Shown: in pieces, positions 59,596-64,000 of the stretch
How the letters are laid out: every line of letters begins with the position of its first letter
How positions within the stretch are numbered: position 1 is the stretch's first letter
Source: a bacterium
Lineage (GTDB): Bacteria > Pseudomonadota > Alphaproteobacteria > SP197
Assembly (NCBI GenBank): GCA_028821455.1
Contig: JAPPGE010000049.1
Span: 24,309 to 88,308 of the forward strand
DNA: 64,000 nt
Reading direction: 5' to 3'
Program-made: the position numbers and the translations under genes
The notes under the pieces: model-generated
What the model was told of the DNA's origin: nothing
Database searches by the model: none
Seen by the model: the letters and a program-made list of their open reading frames with translations, nothing else

Positions 59596-60444
59596 ATGAT
59601 TCGTGTGGTCAGCTGGAACATCAGCAAACGGGACGATCCCTGGCGTTGCCTGGCACGGATGAAGGAGCGTGGCGAGGCTGATGTCGCGTTGCTGCAGGAG
59701 GCCGGCAGCCCGCCTGATGATCTGTGGACGTCCTTCTACTACGAAGACAACGTCTTCTGGCCGCGTTCCTTCTATGACCGCTGGCCGCTGATCGTCCAGT
59801 TGTCAGACCGGGTCGAAATCGACTGGTTCCGCCAAGTGCCGCCCTTCAGCGGTGTCGGCGAACGTGAAATCGGTACGAGCGGCATCGGACTCATGGCCGT
59901 CGCGAGAGTGATGCCACACGGTCGCCCGCAGGAAGCCTTCATCGCCGTCTCCATGTATGCGCGTTGGATCACGGCCCAACCGACCACCTCGAAGAATCCC
60001 GGCGATCACGCCGATATCTCGGTGCATCGCATTCTCTCGGATATCCAGGTCTTCATGGATTACGCGGACCCCTCCCGATACCGTATTCTTGCAGCAGGCG
60101 ACCTCAACCTGATCTACACGCCAAACCGCAGGGGCGCGTGGTTCGCGCGCGAACGCCTGGTATGGGACCGCTTCAAGACGCTTGGCCTTGAGTTCCTCGG
60201 ACCGCAGGCTCCGAACGGACGCCAACCGGAAGGGAAGCAGCCGGGTACGAATGCGGATACGAAGAACGTCCCGACCTACTACACCAGGCGGCAGGGACAC
60301 GCGGCCAAGGCGGTTCGCCAACTGGACTACGCTTTCGCCTCACGCGGGTTCCACGAGCAAGTCAGAGTCTTCGCGCTCAACTGCATCGACGAGTGGGGAC
60401 CAAGTGATCACTGCCGGCTTCTAATCGAGATCGAGACCGGCTGA
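59596..60444 (+). CDS. Endonuclease/exonuclease/phosphatase (EEP) family protein
   Basis: VSWNI, ALLQEA, AGDLN, LDYAF, SDHC. Confidence 0.87.
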   Translation: MIRVVSWNISKRDDPWRCLARMKERGEADVALLQEAGSPPDDLWTSFYYEDNVFWPRSFYDRWPLIVQLSDRVEIDWFRQVPPFSGVGEREIGTSGIGLMAVARVMPHGRPQEAFIAVSMYARWITAQPTTSKNPGDHADISVHRILSDIQVFMDYADPSRYRILAAGDLNLIYTPNRRGAWFARERLVWDRFKTLGLEFLGPQAPNGRQPEGKQPGTNADTKNVPTYYTRRQGHAAKAVRQLDYAFASRGFHEQVRVFALNCIDEWGPSDHCRLLIEIETG

Positions 60445-60739
60445 GAGTCACTGACGTGTTGAGTTGAAGCGCACCCCTGCCAACTGCAGGAGCAAGCGCC
60501 TACTGTCGCATCGCTGCATCGACCAGAGGCCATCAAAGCAAAGTTGGAGCCGGTCCGTTATAGGTGGCCCACGCCGATTATCGTCGCAATGGTTAAACTG
60601 ATGAATTGCGTCCGCTACTACCGGATTGCATTGTTGCGTCCAAGGCGTATCGAGTAAAGTAGCCAATGCGCCGTAGGCCCCGTTGCTTTACTGTCCCGGA
60701 GCATTTCAAGCTGCCCGAGTAAGTGTGGAGGAATTACAC

Positions 60740-61096
60740 ATGTTCCTGAAGGGACAAACTATCGAACCTCTGGAGTTTCGTGGTCTTCAAGTCCAAGACT
60801 ACACCAGTTCAATCGAGTGTGGTGCATCTCTGGCAATTGTGACTGTGCCGCCTCAGGGAGGTCATCCTGCCGCGTATTCGGAGAGATCGGAGAAGCTCTA
60901 CTTCGTCGCCCGGGGAGCTATATCTTTCGCCATTGGCGATGACATTGCGACGCTGAACGCGGGGGATGCGTGTCTGGTGCGGCGTGGCGAGGTGTTCTCC
61001 TACCAAAACCATACTCACGAAACTGCTTGCCTCGTTCTGCATCACACACCTGCCTTTGATTACCGCTACGAGAAACTGATCGACTCAGCAGATTGA
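60740..61096 (+). CDS. Cupin domain protein
   Basis: GGAGG RBS; VPP.GGHP, EKLYFV.RG, LNAGD...V, Y.N, TPAF. Confidence 0.75.
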   Translation: MFLKGQTIEPLEFRGLQVQDYTSSIECGASLAIVTVPPQGGHPAAYSERSEKLYFVARGAISFAIGDDIATLNAGDACLVRRGEVFSYQNHTHETACLVLHHTPAFDYRYEKLIDSAD

Positions 61097-61571
61097 AATC
61101 GGGATTACATGTTCGAGTAACATCCGGACGGGTCAGCCATTGTCGTTCTGGACCCTGACCGCCGTGACCTAGAGCGCAACACGAGCCAGTTTCGTCGGTG
61201 TAGCGTCGAAACTGACACCCGCCTCCATTTCCGCCCGGACCGTCTCCATCCGATGACCACGCCTTCGCCTCGTGTTCCGGGTGGAGATTGTCTCGCCTTC
61301 TGTCCATGTCGAGCATTTATACGTATTGCTCGGGACTTTATGACATTCTGCCAGCATTCTTGACATCGAGGCGAGCCGACACCTACGCTCTCTATCGCAA
61401 TCGTTGACATGCGTCCCGGTCCGTCGGGTCGCCCGCCGAATAGAACAGCCTCTTGATCCGGCGCGACTAGCTGCCCCGCTCGGCGAATAGGCGGGGTCTC
61501 TTACGTTCGCGTGTCGATGATTGCAACGACCCGGCACTCGGTCGGATCCATCGGACTCATGGGAGTAAGGT

Positions 61572-62297
61572 ATGGACGGGTATTCTCGTGAGGTTTTCAA
61601 GGAACTCAAGCACTACGTTTACCGGTTGGTGGACCCGCGCAATGGGAACACGTTTTACGTTGGCAGAGGGCAGAAAAATCGAGTGTTCGCACATGTTCAT
61701 GCCAGTTTGAAGCCGAGTAGAGTAGACGAGGATGACACCTCGTTGAAACTCGATTACATCAGAGAACTCAATGGGAAGGGAATCGCGCCCATTCACGTCA
61801 TTCATCGTCACGGGCTCACCAGTGACGTGGCAGTCGAGGTCGAGGCTGCGTTGATCGACTGTTACCCCGGACTGATGAACGAGTTGGCCGGTGCTGGTTC
61901 GTTCGCGCGGGGATCGGCGACCGCGAAGGAGATCGAGGAGCAATACGCCGCCACGATCATGGAGCCGGCCAAAGAGCACAAGTTACTCTACATCAAGACA
62001 GGGGCGAGTACCGTCAGGGAGAGAGGCTTGTACGAGGCCGTTCGAGGAAACTGGATCGTGAACGAACGACGAGTAACAGAAGCCGACTACATCATTGCTG
62101 TGGTCGACCAGATATGCAGGGGAGTGTTCCTGGCAGACATCTGGCAACCCACCCCTCACAGGAGAGGACGATATTACTTCCGCGGTCGTGAAGCCCCACC
62201 TGAGGTCATCGATCGTTATCGCGACAAGCGCATACCGCAGAAATATCGAAAAAAGGGTATGGCTGGGCCAGTCGTCTACGGGTGGCCGCAACCCTAG
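61572..62297 (+). CDS. LEM-3-like GIY-YIG nuclease domain protein
   Basis: YVYRLVDPR...FYVGRG..NRVFAH, EAALID, L.N. Confidence 0.82.
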   Translation: MDGYSREVFKELKHYVYRLVDPRNGNTFYVGRGQKNRVFAHVHASLKPSRVDEDDTSLKLDYIRELNGKGIAPIHVIHRHGLTSDVAVEVEAALIDCYPGLMNELAGAGSFARGSATAKEIEEQYAATIMEPAKEHKLLYIKTGASTVRERGLYEAVRGNWIVNERRVTEADYIIAVVDQICRGVFLADIWQPTPHRRGRYYFRGREAPPEVIDRYRDKRIPQKYRKKGMAGPVVYGWPQP

Positions 62298-62446
62298 CTC
62301 TCGTTCGTCAAGTGTTGGAGCCGTTCTCTGCGGAATTTAGCCGTTTTGGTAACTACTTTGCGCCAGGTCAAACCCATGCGACCCATGGTGTGTACTCATT
62401 CAAAAGGACTCCCCACGAACCTGCGAACAGTTACCGGCGCAGGACG

Positions 62447-64000
62447 TTATGACTGTTGCCGCCTTCGTTGCCTACTACGCTTGGTTCCTTGCTTCGAAGT
62501 CAACAACGGAGCTTGTCTTTTCTCACGTAACGAAAACAGATGCTCGACGCGCTCACGTTCGGATGCGAAACCGTTGCGCCGGTAGAGCCGGTCCACCGCA
62601 CGGTCGAGGCTCTGATGAGCTGTGCGCAAGGCTGGAGGCATGGCATCTTGGTCGTAGAGTACATCAAGCGGTGAATCCGGAAACTTGGCGCGCGTGTCGA
62701 GAACGGCTTGGGACAACTCCTCTATCCGTTTGCACTGTTTGTCGCTCATCTCCGGCCAAGGGAACGAGTTGTAGACCGATGGCGAGTAGCTGTAGTCGCT
62801 CTTCAGTCGGCCTGCGACCGTCCGCATCCAGGACATATGCATCGCCGACGTGAGAATGCCGAAGTAATGCAGAGGCGCGCCGGGAATGAGCTGGAGCTTG
62901 CTGGATGCAATGACAGTCGGTGGCAGTATGGCAATCGGGATGTACTCCCGCGTCTCCGACGAGACCTCGGGTATCGCGAGATAGTCCGTATCTGGCTGGC
63001 GGTCTTGCGTAAAGAGCGTCGGGTAGCTTGCGAGTTCCCGCACGCCGGCCGTCGGGCTTTGAAGTCGGCCCGAGCGCACGCGCTCCAATCGCTCGATAAT
63101 CGGCTCGGACGCCTTCAGTTCGGAAGGATCTGCACTCTTCAACCACAGGCACCAACGCCATTGGCCGGAGATCAATTCCTCGCCGCCAACATAGGGTTTC
63201 AGCCACTTCTCGCAATTTGGGTCAGCATTCAGAAGCTGCTCGCGGTCACTGTCTTGCAATATCAGGTTGCTGAACTTGAGATAGCCGCCTCCCGGCTTTC
63301 TGAGGCGGGCACCATCGGTCGGCTGGCTGCCCTTGTGCATCGCCGGCCGGCCTTCGGGCGGCTTCGTGCGGGCCGGCACCGCATACTGCGGACCATCGAT
63401 GAGGTAGCCGTTGATGCGGCCAACTTCAGAGACGTGCGGCTCGCCGCGCGGACTATCGTAGTCGTAGAGACGCCTGCGACATTCCTTGGCGAATGTCAGG
63501 CCGACGATGACGCAGTGGACCGCGGCTCTGCCCCGTGCCTCGCTGTTCCACTGAAAGGTCCGGTGAGCGAAGCGGATGGAGAGTTCCCGGGCGAACACGG
63601 CTGGCCACAAGATGCCGCATTGCTCGCCCTGGGTGATCGAGTTGGTGGCGACCAGGGCGATCTCGATGTCGCGGTTGTCTGCTGCATAAGCCGTCGCCTT
63701 GTTGAACCAGCAGGTGACGTAATCGAGGCGGTTGACCTGTCCCGTCCGACCCCAGACGCCGGCCATGTCGCGCTGCTGCGCCTGCGTCCGCCACTGATGG
63801 CCGACGAACGGAGGATTGCCGATGATGTATGAACACTTCTCCGCAGGCAGGAGCGCTTGCCAGTCCATGTCGAGCGCGTTTCCGACTGTGATGTGCGGCG
63901 ACTTCTCTAGCGGGATGCGGACGAAGCTGTGGCCGAACTCGAGGCTCAGCCGGTTATTCAAGATGTGGTCCATCATCCACAGCGCGGTTTCTGCGATGCG
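62447..64000 (-). CDS. MmeI-like (type IIL/YeeA) N6-adenine methyltransferase-restriction enzyme, C-terminal part; 5' end outside the window
   Basis: RIAETALWMMDH, GNPPFVG motif IV, TNSITQGEQ, FAHRTFQW, PEVSSE.REYIP, GRLKSDY.YS, LDRAVDRLY; frame open to base 64000. Confidence 0.9.
   Translation of the reverse strand, partial: RIAETALWMMDHILNNRLSLEFGHSFVRIPLEKSPHITVGNALDMDWQALLPAEKCSYIIGNPPFVGHQWRTQAQQRDMAGVWGRTGQVNRLDYVTCWFNKATAYAADNRDIEIALVATNSITQGEQCGILWPAVFARELSIRFAHRTFQWNSEARGRAAVHCVIVGLTFAKECRRRLYDYDSPRGEPHVSEVGRINGYLIDGPQYAVPARTKPPEGRPAMHKGSQPTDGARLRKPGGGYLKFSNLILQDSDREQLLNADPNCEKWLKPYVGGEELISGQWRWCLWLKSADPSELKASEPIIERLERVRSGRLQSPTAGVRELASYPTLFTQDRQPDTDYLAIPEVSSETREYIPIAILPPTVIASSKLQLIPGAPLHYFGILTSAMHMSWMRTVAGRLKSDYSYSPSVYNSFPWPEMSDKQCKRIEELSQAVLDTRAKFPDSPLDVLYDQDAMPPALRTAHQSLDRAVDRLYRRNGFASERERVEHLFSLREKRQAPLLTSKQGTKRSRQRRRQQS

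Larger units (their letters stand above)
47200..64000. mobile_element. Mobilisable genomic island or integrated plasmid remnant (MOBF); boundaries approximate, extends past the window
   Basis: Visible drop in GC near 47.2 kb, MobC-like genes, relaxase, pseudogene and defence-like cargo; no integrase or att site seen. Confidence 0.65.

Noticed and set aside
61097-61571. Short minus-strand ORFs between cupin and GIY-YIG
   Set aside because: No recognisable motifs and mutually overlapping; only an 8-bp hairpin (61187-61214) that may be a terminator.

Overview
High-GC alphaproteobacterial-type chromosome segment, judged from the aapJQMP, def-fmt-truA, argB-dapD and ffs-dnaX-ybaB-recR gene content. 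1-7.6 kb: an unusual minus-strand metal-handling operon (ZnuA-like binding protein, His-rich ArsP/DUF318-type permease fused to an SPFH domain, HflC-like, HflK-like, a LivJ-fold binding protein and a small membrane protein) with no ABC ATPase or FtsH. 8-34 kb: Pit transporter plus GOLPH3/GPP34-like gene, valine catabolism, housekeeping genes, SRP RNA, a GT25-methyltransferase islet, and HEAT and Sel1 repeat proteins. 34-47 kb: a putative amine/acyl-CoA catabolic cluster (TMADH-family flavoprotein, CoA-transferase, hydratase, HMG-CoA-lyase-like, ACAD, Rieske), GT1, cupin and two convergent paralogous exported proteins. About 47 kb to beyond 64 kb: a mobilisable island with three tandem RHH/MobC-like genes, a 2236-aa MOBF relaxase-helicase carrying five ~145-aa tandem repeats, a candidate oriT, a decayed second copy of the 3' end of the metal operon, and defence-like cargo (PP2C-like, EEP, GIY-YIG, MmeI-like RM enzyme cut by the window edge). 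All assignments are by eye from motifs and context; no searches were run.
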